NCBI GenBank assembly: GCA_963662275.1
Contig: OY759316.1
Location: 3,456,001 to 3,520,000, forward strand
DNA from: Candidatus Cloacimonadales bacterium
Lineage (GTDB): Bacteria; Cloacimonadota; Cloacimonadia; Cloacimonadales; DAONDQ01
Length of the DNA: 64,000 bases
Direction of reading: 5' to 3'
This document shows positions 10,129-18,291 of this stretch, in pieces; position 1 is the stretch's first letter, and the number at the start of each line of letters is the position of its first letter. Made by a program: the position numbers and the translations under genes. Under the pieces are notes generated by a model, which did not search any database, was not told the origin of the DNA, and saw nothing but the letters and a program-made list of their open reading frames with translations.

Positions 10129-12045
10129 ATGGAAAAATTCTTAAGAATTCTGTTTATTGAAGATTCAGAAGATGATGTCTTTCTGATCACAACTCACATC
10201 CAGAATTCCGGTTACACGGTATCAGGTACAAGGGTTGATAATGACCACGATTACCTGGTTGCATTGCAGCAAGGTTATTACTGGGATGTGATTTTATCAG
10301 ATTATGCCCTGCCTGGATTTTCAGGAAGAAGAGCTTTGGATCTGTTTCGTAAAACAGAATTAAAGATACCATTTATCCTGATATCGGGAGCGTTGGGAGA
10401 AGACATAGCTGTCTTAATGCTGAAATCAGGAGCCAGCGACTTTGTATTAAAGAATAATCTCCGAAGATTAGTACCGGCAATTGAAAGAGGTGTGGAAGAA
10501 AGTAAACAAAGACGGGAACGCCAAGCTTCTGAGCAACCTATAACACCGGCAGAAGGCATCTTGCTACGTAGCCCTGTTGTTGTTTACCAGGGAAGTCTTG
10601 AACTCAGGGAACACCCTAAATTTATCTCAGATAATTTCCGAATATTCGGCTTTAACATGGATGAATTTCAGAATGAGCAAGTTCTGTTCAGCGATATCAT
10701 ATATCCTGATGATCTTAACAGGATTACCGCTGAAATCTTGAATTATGACAAACTGAAAGTTGATAACTATACACTCCAGTACAGAATAATCAACCCAAAA
10801 CAAGAAATCACTTGGGTAAAGGATTATATCACAGTGATTCGCAATGAGAAAGGGGAAGTCACGAATAGGGAAGGAACTCTTATTGGTATCACTGACCTGG
10901 AAGTAACACCGGAAAAGCAGCAGGAGAACTTTGAAATATACAGAAGTCTTTTCCAGGATAATATTGAATTATTATTGGTAATTGCACCCGAAACCCTTAC
11001 CATCATTGATGCAAATCGAGCAGCTTGTATTTTTTATGGCTACACACATGATGAAATCCTGAAAAAGAAGATATATGACCTCAGTATCGGTAACAAGGCA
11101 GAATTATATTCTGAATTTACCAAGTCACTACATTCTAATAATTACCGAACTTATGATAAGCATAAATTATCCAATGGGCAAATACGAACACTGGAAATTC
11201 ATGCCGGTCAGGTTAACCTCGGTGGAAAGGCGTATATACGGGCTGTATTGTTCGATATCACAAACCAGGATGCACAGGAAAAGAAGCCTGGAGGAATCGA
11301 TAAATATCTGGATTTACTGGATATCCTACCTCATTGCACGATGATTACGGATATGAAGCATAACATACTTCATGCCAATGCTGAATGTGTCAAATTGCTC
11401 GGATATTCTTCCATTAAAGAATTGGTGAATAAATCAGGTATGGAGCTGTTTTCCCCTGAATACATTCAAATGTTTGCCGATCAACAGATTGTGGATACTT
11501 TGATAAACACCGGACAAATTCAAAGCATGAAAGTCAGACTTATAAATAAAAACGGTACTATCTTTTGGAATTCAATGGATTGCCGTCTAATTAAAGACAC
11601 TGATGGAAAACCAGATGGAATATTATCTGTTTTCTCCGATACAAGTAAACAGGACAAGGCATTTCAGGATGTTGAGGAAAGTGAACAGAGATTTCTGTTA
11701 AACTTCGAAAACGCTCCGATTGGCAAGGCAATGGTTACGATGGACAATAGCTTTCTGAAAGTGAATCAAGCTTTTATCAGGATGTTGTTATGGGTGAACA
11801 GGGATTACTCACAGTATACAATGCTGGATCTTTTTAATACGGAAGATATTCAGTTCTATATTTCTTCCACTAAACAACTAACAGATAAATCAACTGATCA
11901 TGTATCATGGAAAAGCATGATTAAAATTGATGATAATCAAACAATGCCTGTTCAGATTTCTGCTACGCTTATTAGTTTTGAATCTATTCCACAGTATTTC
12001 CTTATCCAAATGGAAGAAATTACTCAAAGTAAACAACAACTGTAA
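10129..12045 (+). CDS. Receiver domain + multiple PAS domain protein, no recognisable output domain
   Basis: LFIEDSEDD, ILSDYALP, ISG, FVLK, then about four PAS/PAC-like modules up to the C-terminus. Confidence 0.85.
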   Translation: MEKFLRILFIEDSEDDVFLITTHIQNSGYTVSGTRVDNDHDYLVALQQGYYWDVILSDYALPGFSGRRALDLFRKTELKIPFILISGALGEDIAVLMLKSGASDFVLKNNLRRLVPAIERGVEESKQRRERQASEQPITPAEGILLRSPVVVYQGSLELREHPKFISDNFRIFGFNMDEFQNEQVLFSDIIYPDDLNRITAEILNYDKLKVDNYTLQYRIINPKQEITWVKDYITVIRNEKGEVTNREGTLIGITDLEVTPEKQQENFEIYRSLFQDNIELLLVIAPETLTIIDANRAACIFYGYTHDEILKKKIYDLSIGNKAELYSEFTKSLHSNNYRTYDKHKLSNGQIRTLEIHAGQVNLGGKAYIRAVLFDITNQDAQEKKPGGIDKYLDLLDILPHCTMITDMKHNILHANAECVKLLGYSSIKELVNKSGMELFSPEYIQMFADQQIVDTLINTGQIQSMKVRLINKNGTIFWNSMDCRLIKDTDGKPDGILSVFSDTSKQDKAFQDVEESEQRFLLNFENAPIGKAMVTMDNSFLKVNQAFIRMLLWVNRDYSQYTMLDLFNTEDIQFYISSTKQLTDKSTDHVSWKSMIKIDDNQTMPVQISATLISFESIPQYFLIQMEEITQSKQQL

Positions 12046-12062
12046 CGCGTAACAAATTAGTT

Positions 12063-12620
12063 TTACAGTTTGCTAATTATCCCTTTTGCTTTCTTTAAAA
12101 ACTTCACAAACTTTTCTTCTGCATCCGGATTCATTGAACCGCCAAAAAAGAGGGAATCAACTTTCACCATTTTGAAAAAGCCTGTAAGTGTTTCATTCAT
12201 TTTTTTAGGAATAGAGGAATAGTATTTTGCAGGTGCACCGGAAGCCATGATAAGAATATATTTCTTGCCGGGTGTGAAGTTAACTGTCATATTTTCACCA
12301 ACAAATATGCACCAGCGATCCAGGAAAGTCTTGGCAGTGCCGGATATGTAATCCATATAAATAGGAGCACTGAGGATAACACAATCAGCATCGATAAACT
12401 TCTGCATAACAGGTGTCAGGTCATCTTTTAAAGCGCAATGCTGGTTTATCGGTAAGTTAATCTGCGTCCCACAATTTCCACATGACTTAAAATTCAGATC
12501 ATACAAAGATATAATTTCTGTCTTATGTCCCTGTTTTTTTGCTTCTTCGATCAAAGTATTCACCATACGTGCTGTGTAACCGTTTTTACGAGAACTGGAA
12601 ATAAAACCAAGTACTTTCAT
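12063..12620 (-). CDS. Flavodoxin family / iron-sulfur flavoprotein (NADPH-dependent FMN reductase fold)
   Basis: MKVLGFISSSRKNGYT, CGNCG..C motif, SAPIY, KTFLDR; start set at ATG 12620 after AGGAGA. Confidence 0.88.
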   Translation of the reverse strand: MKVLGFISSSRKNGYTARMVNTLIEEAKKQGHKTEIISLYDLNFKSCGNCGTQINLPINQHCALKDDLTPVMQKFIDADCVILSAPIYMDYISGTAKTFLDRWCIFVGENMTVNFTPGKKYILIMASGAPAKYYSSIPKKMNETLTGFFKMVKVDSLFFGGSMNPDAEEKFVKFLKKAKGIISKL

Positions 12621-12722
12621 AATATCTCCTATTTGATTGTTTGAAAATGTCGTCTCGTTGGATTTCAAATCTCCAATACCTTTATTATACAATCCCAGAT
12701 GAAAGGAGATTTGGATTCACCC

Positions 12723-13397
12723 CTATTTATGCTGCGTAGTTTTAATTTTTCCAGCAATCGTACTGAGTAATCGATTGAGAAAATCACGATAGAATTCAAT
12801 AGGGGTAACCAGGTTATTCACAAAGGCATAAAATGTTTTTGCATGCAGGATTGCCAGGTTCGCCATGGTACGTAAGCTATAAAAAAGGTAAGAGATGAAA
12901 ATGACAGGATTTTCTTCCTTTCTGACTGTACCATCTTCCTGACCAAGACGCAGAGCTTCTTCCACCAGGGCAAAACCTTTCTGGTTCACTTCCAAGAATT
13001 CATTCAGCGTATCTTCCTGGATCTGGGTATAGTCCAATCCCTGTACGTCCATATAGAGTTGGAAACGTAGATACTCAGGATAAGAATTAAAAAACCGGTA
13101 ATATTCTTCTCCAAAAGCAACAACTTTATCAAAACCGGTTGCAGCAAGTGCCATCCTTTTTTCCAGGGCATCAATCTTCATCCGATTATAGCGTAGATGA
13201 ACGGCTAAATACAGATCATCCTTACTTTTAAAGTATGTGTATAATGTACGTCGACTGAATTCTGCCACTTTACCTACTTCATCAAGAGTAGTACTATCGT
13301 ATCCTTTTTTGAAGAAAACTTTCTCAGCAGCAGTGATAATCTCTTCTCTATGCCTGGCTTTTTCACGTATTCTACGTGCATTCATCATATACTCCAT
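12723..13397 (-). CDS. TetR/AcrR family transcriptional regulator
   Basis: IITAAEKVFFKKGYDSTTLDEVGKVAEFSRRTLYTYFKSKDDL helix-turn-helix; true start may be ATG 13385. Confidence 0.93.
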   Translation of the reverse strand: MEYMMNARRIREKARHREEIITAAEKVFFKKGYDSTTLDEVGKVAEFSRRTLYTYFKSKDDLYLAVHLRYNRMKIDALEKRMALAATGFDKVVAFGEEYYRFFNSYPEYLRFQLYMDVQGLDYTQIQEDTLNEFLEVNQKGFALVEEALRLGQEDGTVRKEENPVIFISYLFYSLRTMANLAILHAKTFYAFVNNLVTPIEFYRDFLNRLLSTIAGKIKTTQHK

Positions 13398-13407
13398 TTG
13401 TTTAATT

Positions 13408-13450
13408 AACTCACATGTGTGAATTTATATATGGGAATATCCTGTGTCAA
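13408..13450 (-). promoter_or_regulatory. Sigma70-like promoter of tetR with an overlapping 18-bp palindrome (putative operator)
   Basis: Minus-strand TTGACA (13450-13445), 17 bp spacer, TAAATT (13427-13422); near-palindrome AACTCACATGTGTGAATT at 13408-13425. Confidence 0.6.
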
Positions 13451-13702
13451 GAAGATTTATGAGATAGATAACTAGTGATACCCTACAAGGGCGTATCTAA
13501 TACCTTTTCTGCGTTTTGTTGCCGATGATCCTGACACCTGATTTGAATCTATCAGCTAAAACTTTGGAGAAATACGAAAGCCTGGTTGTCAAACTCCGTT
13601 TTGATATTTGGAGAATATGAGTTTCTACCCTTTTCAAAGAAGTTCCATATCAGTAGATATCCGAATAGTGAAGACGACTATACAAGAGAGACACCAAAAA
13701 GT

Positions 13703-13728
13703 GAGACGCCCATATAGGGCGTCTCTAC
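13703..13728 (-). repeat. GTAG-type REP palindrome (family GTAGAGACGCCC..GGGCGTCTC)
   Basis: Reverse complement GTAGAGACGCCCTATATGGGCGTCTC; relatives at 34991 and 35033. Confidence 0.75.
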
Positions 13729-13829
13729 ATTTGATTGACACAAATTGAAGTGTTCAAGTTGTTAAAATCCAGTTATCTTATCATACATCTAGATTGATAA
13801 CTATTTAGATTAGTAACATAGGAGGATAT

Positions 13830-14735
13830 ATGGAGATAAATAAGAAGACTTTTGAGTGTTTGTATAAGCACTTTCGGGAAATTCTACCAAACAGGATCAT
13901 GAAAGAGTTGGAATTATCAGCATCTGAATATGAGAAAATTCTACAGCATTGGGGGTTGGATGAACAAACGCAAATAGTACTTTCAGATGAAGCTAAGGGT
14001 ACAGGTAAACGCTTCATGCAGCTAACTCGTTATTCGTATTTAGAGGATTCTGACCAGGAAAAAGGGGTTCCCTGCCCACCTGCATATAAAAAACTGGAAG
14101 GGAAAGTATTTCCATTACCCTTGCACTCTGAGATTAAAAATCCCAAGATAAGTCTCTTAAAAATAATGGATCAACGTCGAAGCATAAGGGTATATGATGA
14201 TAAGACGCTTTCGATCGCTGAATTATCCTACTTATTATGGTCAACCCAAGGAGTTCGTCTGCATAAACAAACAGAAAAAGTATCATTTACTTTGCGGACA
14301 GTACCATCTGCGGGAGCGCGACATGCATTGGAAACCTATCTCCTGATCAATCAAGTGGAAGGTATCCCAGCAGGACTGTACTTTTATAATGTACAGGATC
14401 ATCAATTGATTCAGCTTAATACACAGCCTGATATTGCTGATTATATATCACAAGCATGCTGGGAACAGCCTATGATCAAAACTTCTGCTGTCACTTTCAT
14501 CTGGGTGGCAATTCCTTATCGCATGAGTTGGCGTTATGGAGAAAGAACGTGGCGTTATCTTCATCTGGATGCAGGACATGTATGCCAGAATCTATATTTA
14601 GCAGGAGAGTCTATTAATTCAGGAGTATGTGCTATCGGAGCTTACTCAGATGAACTTTTTGCGATTGCCCTGGATTTGGATATCGACCAGGAATTTGTGA
14701 TTTATGCAGCCACAATCGGCAAAAAGCTGGAATAG
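13830..14735 (+). CDS. SagB/ThcOx-family nitroreductase-fold dehydrogenase
   Basis: RRSIR, LSYLLWSTQG, RTVPSAGARHALETY, LDAGHVCQNLYL, CAIGAY. Confidence 0.92.
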   Translation: MEINKKTFECLYKHFREILPNRIMKELELSASEYEKILQHWGLDEQTQIVLSDEAKGTGKRFMQLTRYSYLEDSDQEKGVPCPPAYKKLEGKVFPLPLHSEIKNPKISLLKIMDQRRSIRVYDDKTLSIAELSYLLWSTQGVRLHKQTEKVSFTLRTVPSAGARHALETYLLINQVEGIPAGLYFYNVQDHQLIQLNTQPDIADYISQACWEQPMIKTSAVTFIWVAIPYRMSWRYGERTWRYLHLDAGHVCQNLYLAGESINSGVCAIGAYSDELFAIALDLDIDQEFVIYAATIGKKLE

Positions 14736-14746
14736 GGAAAATTTGA

Positions 14747-14775
14747 TTGACATGAAAACCACCCATTTATAGCTT
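14747..14775 (+). promoter_or_regulatory. Putative promoter of the tRNA cluster
   Basis: TTGACA, 17 bp spacer, TAGCTT, 21 bp before tRNA-Lys. Confidence 0.5.
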
Positions 14776-14796
14776 GACCAAACGTTCAGCAAAAGT

Positions 14797-14871
14797 GGGC
14801 TTGTAACTCAGTGGTAGAGTATCTGCCTTTTAAGTAGAGAGTCGTTGGTTCGAGTCCAACCAGGCTCACCA
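14797..14871 (+). tRNA. tRNA-Lys(TTT)
   Basis: Acceptor GGGCTTG/CAGGCTC-ACCA, anticodon arm TCTGC-CTTTTAA-GTAGA, GGTTCGAGTCC T-loop. Confidence 0.96.
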
Positions 14872-14879
14872 ACTTTTGC

Positions 14880-14954
14880 GACCCCATCGTCTATCGGTTA
14901 GGACTCCAGATTTTCATTCTGGCAAGAGGGGTTCAATTCCCCTTGGGGTCGCCA
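14880..14954 (+). tRNA. tRNA-Glu(TTC)
   Basis: GACCCCA/TGGGGTC-GCCA, anticodon arm CCAGA-TTTTCAT-TCTGG, GGTTCAATTCC. Confidence 0.96.
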
Positions 14955-14987
14955 TCATTTTTTGAGGAACGTACAGATCAAATAAGT

Positions 14988-15062
14988 GTCCCTTTCGTCT
15001 AGGGGTTAGGACACAAGATTCTCAGTCTTGGAACAGGGGTTCGATTCCCCTAGGGGATGCCA
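14988..15062 (+). tRNA. tRNA-Glu(CTC)
   Basis: GTCCCTT/AGGGGAT-GCCA, anticodon arm CAAGA-TTCTCAG-TCTTG, GGTTCGATTCC. Confidence 0.95.
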
Positions 15063-15281
15063 CTTTTTATCTACCACAATTCTCCCAATTTACTTGAATT
15101 CCCAAAAGGTATCCTTACTGAAACCTGACACCTGAAATCAACAATCTACAATTAAATATTACTTGACTTATCGTAATATCTTCAACATTTCTTGCATCAT
15201 ACGTGTATATTAAGCATAACCTCTATCGATATCATCTATCATTATATACTTTAATCCAAACTAAAAAATAGAGGAGATCAC

Positions 15282-16433
15282 ATGAAAACAATAATATGTG
15301 CTTTTTTTTATTTAGCCATAACCAGCTTTTTAATGGGGACAAACAACTTCGGATTTTCAAAGGCAGTCTACACGACAAATGAAGAAGCCAAATCAGAGAA
15401 TCCTATAGTAACTCCTATGCTGGGGCAGTTTAATGAAGATGAAACCAGGGATGTAAACGCACCGGATAATGTCTCTATTTCTGTTGTAAATGGAATTGTC
15501 ACCTTGTCCTGGTCTCCCGCAGCCAATGCAACCAGCTACATCGTGGAAGGCTCCGGAATATGTGACTCATGCTTTTCAGATGTATCATCAACCGGCAGTT
15601 TTTCTAACTCGGAAGGATATGTGCATTGGGAAAAGTCATCCCCTGAACATTTTCAGTTTTATCGGGTAAGGTCTGTAATGAGCGACTTGCCTGCGAACTT
15701 CATCCTCGTGGAAGGGGGTACTTTTAATAATCATATATCTGATGTAACGCTTTCAACTTTCTATATAGACAAATTTGAAACTACCCAGGGATCATATCTT
15801 GCAGTGATGGGGAATAATCCGTCGATTGAATTTGGCGTGGGCTCGAACTATCCAGTTTACTACGTCTCTTGGTTCGATGCAATAGAATATTGCAATTGCA
15901 GGAGCCTGCTCGAAGGATTAACCCCATGTTACAGTTACAGTACCTTCGGAACGAATCCGGATAACTGGACTGTAGGTTGGGATGCTGATCAAAACAACCA
16001 TGTGAATGTTGCCTGCAACTGGACGGTCAATGGCTATCGCTTGCCGACCAGCATGGAATGGATGTATACCGCCTGGAGCGGGAATCTCCACCAAAATACT
16101 TTATACAGCGGGAGTTCCGATATGATGTGGTTCGGATGGCATTGTTATAACTCCGGTAACCGTACCCATGAGGTGGGAACATTGATGCCAAACCTGCTGG
16201 GTACCTATGATATGAGCGGTAACGTCTGGGAATGGGTCTGGGATATTTATGGTCCATATCCTGAAGATGCACAGACAAATCCTACCGGAGTAACTTTGGG
16301 ATCTACGCGAACCATTCGCGGTGGATACTTTTACAGTTTGCCTGAGGGATGTGAAGTTACCTTCCGGTATAATTACACACCTACTTATATTGATAAAGGC
16401 ATTGGGTTCCGGATTTGCAGGTCAGCCCCCTGA
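15282..16433 (+). CDS. Secreted FGE-sulfatase (SUMF1/CLec-fold) domain protein with FN3-like N-terminal module
   Basis: Signal peptide; FILVEGGTF, PVYYVSWFDAIEYCN, GYRLPT..EW, LGTYDMSGNVWEWVWD, IRGG..GFR. Confidence 0.9.
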   Translation: MKTIICAFFYLAITSFLMGTNNFGFSKAVYTTNEEAKSENPIVTPMLGQFNEDETRDVNAPDNVSISVVNGIVTLSWSPAANATSYIVEGSGICDSCFSDVSSTGSFSNSEGYVHWEKSSPEHFQFYRVRSVMSDLPANFILVEGGTFNNHISDVTLSTFYIDKFETTQGSYLAVMGNNPSIEFGVGSNYPVYYVSWFDAIEYCNCRSLLEGLTPCYSYSTFGTNPDNWTVGWDADQNNHVNVACNWTVNGYRLPTSMEWMYTAWSGNLHQNTLYSGSSDMMWFGWHCYNSGNRTHEVGTLMPNLLGTYDMSGNVWEWVWDIYGPYPEDAQTNPTGVTLGSTRTIRGGYFYSLPEGCEVTFRYNYTPTYIDKGIGFRICRSAP

Positions 16434-16470
16434 TATGCTGATTTAATATAATGTATATACAGAAGGTGAT

Positions 16471-16722
16471 AGCGTACAGCGTACAGCGTACAGCGTACAG
16501 CGTACAGCATACAGCGTACAGCATACAGCGTACAGCATACAGCGTACAGCATACAGCGTACAGCATACAGCGTACAGCGTACAGCATACAGCATACAGCG
16601 TACAGCATACAGCGTACAGCATACAGCATACAGCGTACAGCATACAGCATACAGCGTACAGCATACAGCGTACAGCGTACAGCATACAGCATACAGCGTA
16701 CAGCATACAGCGTACAGCGTAC
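16471..16722. repeat. 36-copy heptamer tandem array (AGCRTAC)n
   Basis: Uninterrupted 7-bp period; only position 4 varies (G or A); decays into AGGTAAC AGGTTCA. Confidence 0.97.
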
Positions 16723-16778
16723 AGGTAACAGGTTCAGAGAAGAAGAGAATGTTCTTCTATTTCGTATTTCATAACTCG

Positions 16779-17030
16779 GACTCTGTGGAAAAAAGTAGCT
16801 AAGGAATACTGGAGTCCAAATCGCCACCGTGACTTTTTGATAATAGATTAATTATTGGCGATACGGACTTCAGTATTCCAATTACCTAAACAATTGATTA
16901 TTAACACTTTAAATTCGTTATTTTCCGCTAATGCCGAAGTCCGCAATTCCTATAAATTAGTAATAGTATGGTTGTTTTCTTTGGAATTTTGAACTCCGGC
17001 ATGCTTGTCTGGACTTTTTTCCACAGAGTC
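16779..17030. mobile_element. 252-bp MITE with perfect 18-bp TIRs and 7-bp target-site duplication
   Basis: GACTCTGTGGAAAAAAGT (16779-16796) / ACTTTTTTCCACAGAGTC (17013-17030); TAACTCG at 16772-16778 and 17031-17037; no ORF. Confidence 0.88.
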
Positions 17031-17039
17031 TAACTCGTA

Positions 17040-17650
17040 ATTATTAATTAGCGATGCCTGACTGCTCTGTTAATTCGTACTTCGAACTTCCCCTAAGTCG
17101 CCCTTGAACAACCTGCTTAAGTGAAACTCAAAACCAGGTAATCAGAAACTAATCAAAAACTAAAATACTTTAGGAGCTGGTTAGGAGCTGATTAGGATCT
17201 GACTAGGTGCTGAATACTATCTCTCACGTGTGCCACTTGAGAGATAATTAAAAATGAAAAATGAAAAATTAAAAAATCAAGATTAAAAATGGCAGAAGCG
17301 TGGAGTAAGATTCCGATCTTACTGTCTTCTCTGCTCCCCCAATTTTATAAAGAGGGGGATCAAGGGGGCGTTAGTTCTTCTCTTCTTTGGAACTGGCACC
17401 TAGAACCTAAAACCTGACACTTTCTGCAAAAAATGTTATATTGTTGGATTCGTAACCCTTCAACTATGGAAGAACCCGAGGTTACAAACCATCGGGGAAA
17501 ACATGATGTAATCATATGGTACAAGGTCGGAACGTTGTTTTCAAACAGCTATGCTATTGGAACGCTGTTTTCAAACGGCTATGCATTTTCAAATGGCAAG
17601 ATCGTAGCCTAATAAATTAAGCGTTCCAGCAGAAGAGCTGTCAACACCTG
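17040..17650. repeat. Cluster of heterogeneous short repeats and palindromes
   Basis: 11-mer tandem TTAGGAGCTGA-like (17170-17213), heptamer tracts (17248-17290, 17391-17421), palindromes near 17300, 17335 and 17476, 30-bp-period direct repeat 17529-17584. Confidence 0.7.
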
Positions 17651-17659
17651 AAGTATATG

Positions 17660-18289
17660 CTACGAGAGCTTTTCAATCACATCTACAGCAGATTTCAAAT
17701 CCGGTACAATAAAATCAGGCATCGCTTTCCAGTTCTTTCTTTTTTCCATGAACTCTATTTTTCCATATCCTGTTTGAACTAGTATTGTCTTTAATCCGGC
17801 ATTCCTTCCAAACTCGATATCCTGGTATTTATCACCTATCATCCAGGACAGATTCGGTTTGAAATCAAAGTCTTTCCTGGCGTCAAGGAACATACCAATA
17901 CCCGGTTTCCGGCTGGGATGCTCACAATTCCAAGGTTCTACAGTTCCCTTGGCATAATAGGGTGAATAATAGATACTATCCACATAAGTCTGACCTTCGT
18001 GAAGAAGTTCCTTGAGCTTGGCATGAACGGCATCAACTTCATTTGCGGTAAACAAACCTCGTGCAATACCTGACTGATTAGTAACAATAAAGACATAAAA
18101 GCCCAGTTCATGAAGTTTCTTTATTGATTCAATCGAATATGGATACAGTTCGAATTGGTCAGGATGATGTATGTATCCAGTAGAATCAGGATTAATTGTA
18201 CCATCCCGATCCAGTAATACAGCTTTGGCAGGAAATGGCTTATTCTGTACTTGCTGTTCCCTGTTCCCTGTTCGCTGTTCTCTTCCCAT
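17660..18289 (-). CDS. gmhB: HAD-IIIA phosphatase, D-glycero-D-manno-heptose-1,7-bisphosphate phosphatase-like
   Basis: LLDRDGTIN, IVTNQSGIARG, RKPGIGM, WMIGDK..DIEFG. Confidence 0.85.
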   Translation of the reverse strand: MGREQRTGNREQQVQNKPFPAKAVLLDRDGTINPDSTGYIHHPDQFELYPYSIESIKKLHELGFYVFIVTNQSGIARGLFTANEVDAVHAKLKELLHEGQTYVDSIYYSPYYAKGTVEPWNCEHPSRKPGIGMFLDARKDFDFKPNLSWMIGDKYQDIEFGRNAGLKTILVQTGYGKIEFMEKRKNWKAMPDFIVPDLKSAVDVIEKLS

Positions 18290-18291
18290 AA

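Noticed and set aside
13830..14735. SagB-like gene as part of a RiPP/azole biosynthetic cluster
   Set aside because: No YcaO, precursor peptide or transporter nearby; stand-alone homologues are common in anaerobes
16381..16827. Overlapping ORFs with LYAVRC/TAYS repeats
   Set aside because: Artefacts of a stop-free heptamer array; no RBS or domain signal
15282..17650. Complete diversity-generating retroelement
   Set aside because: No reverse transcriptase, avd gene or AAC-rich template repeat found in the window
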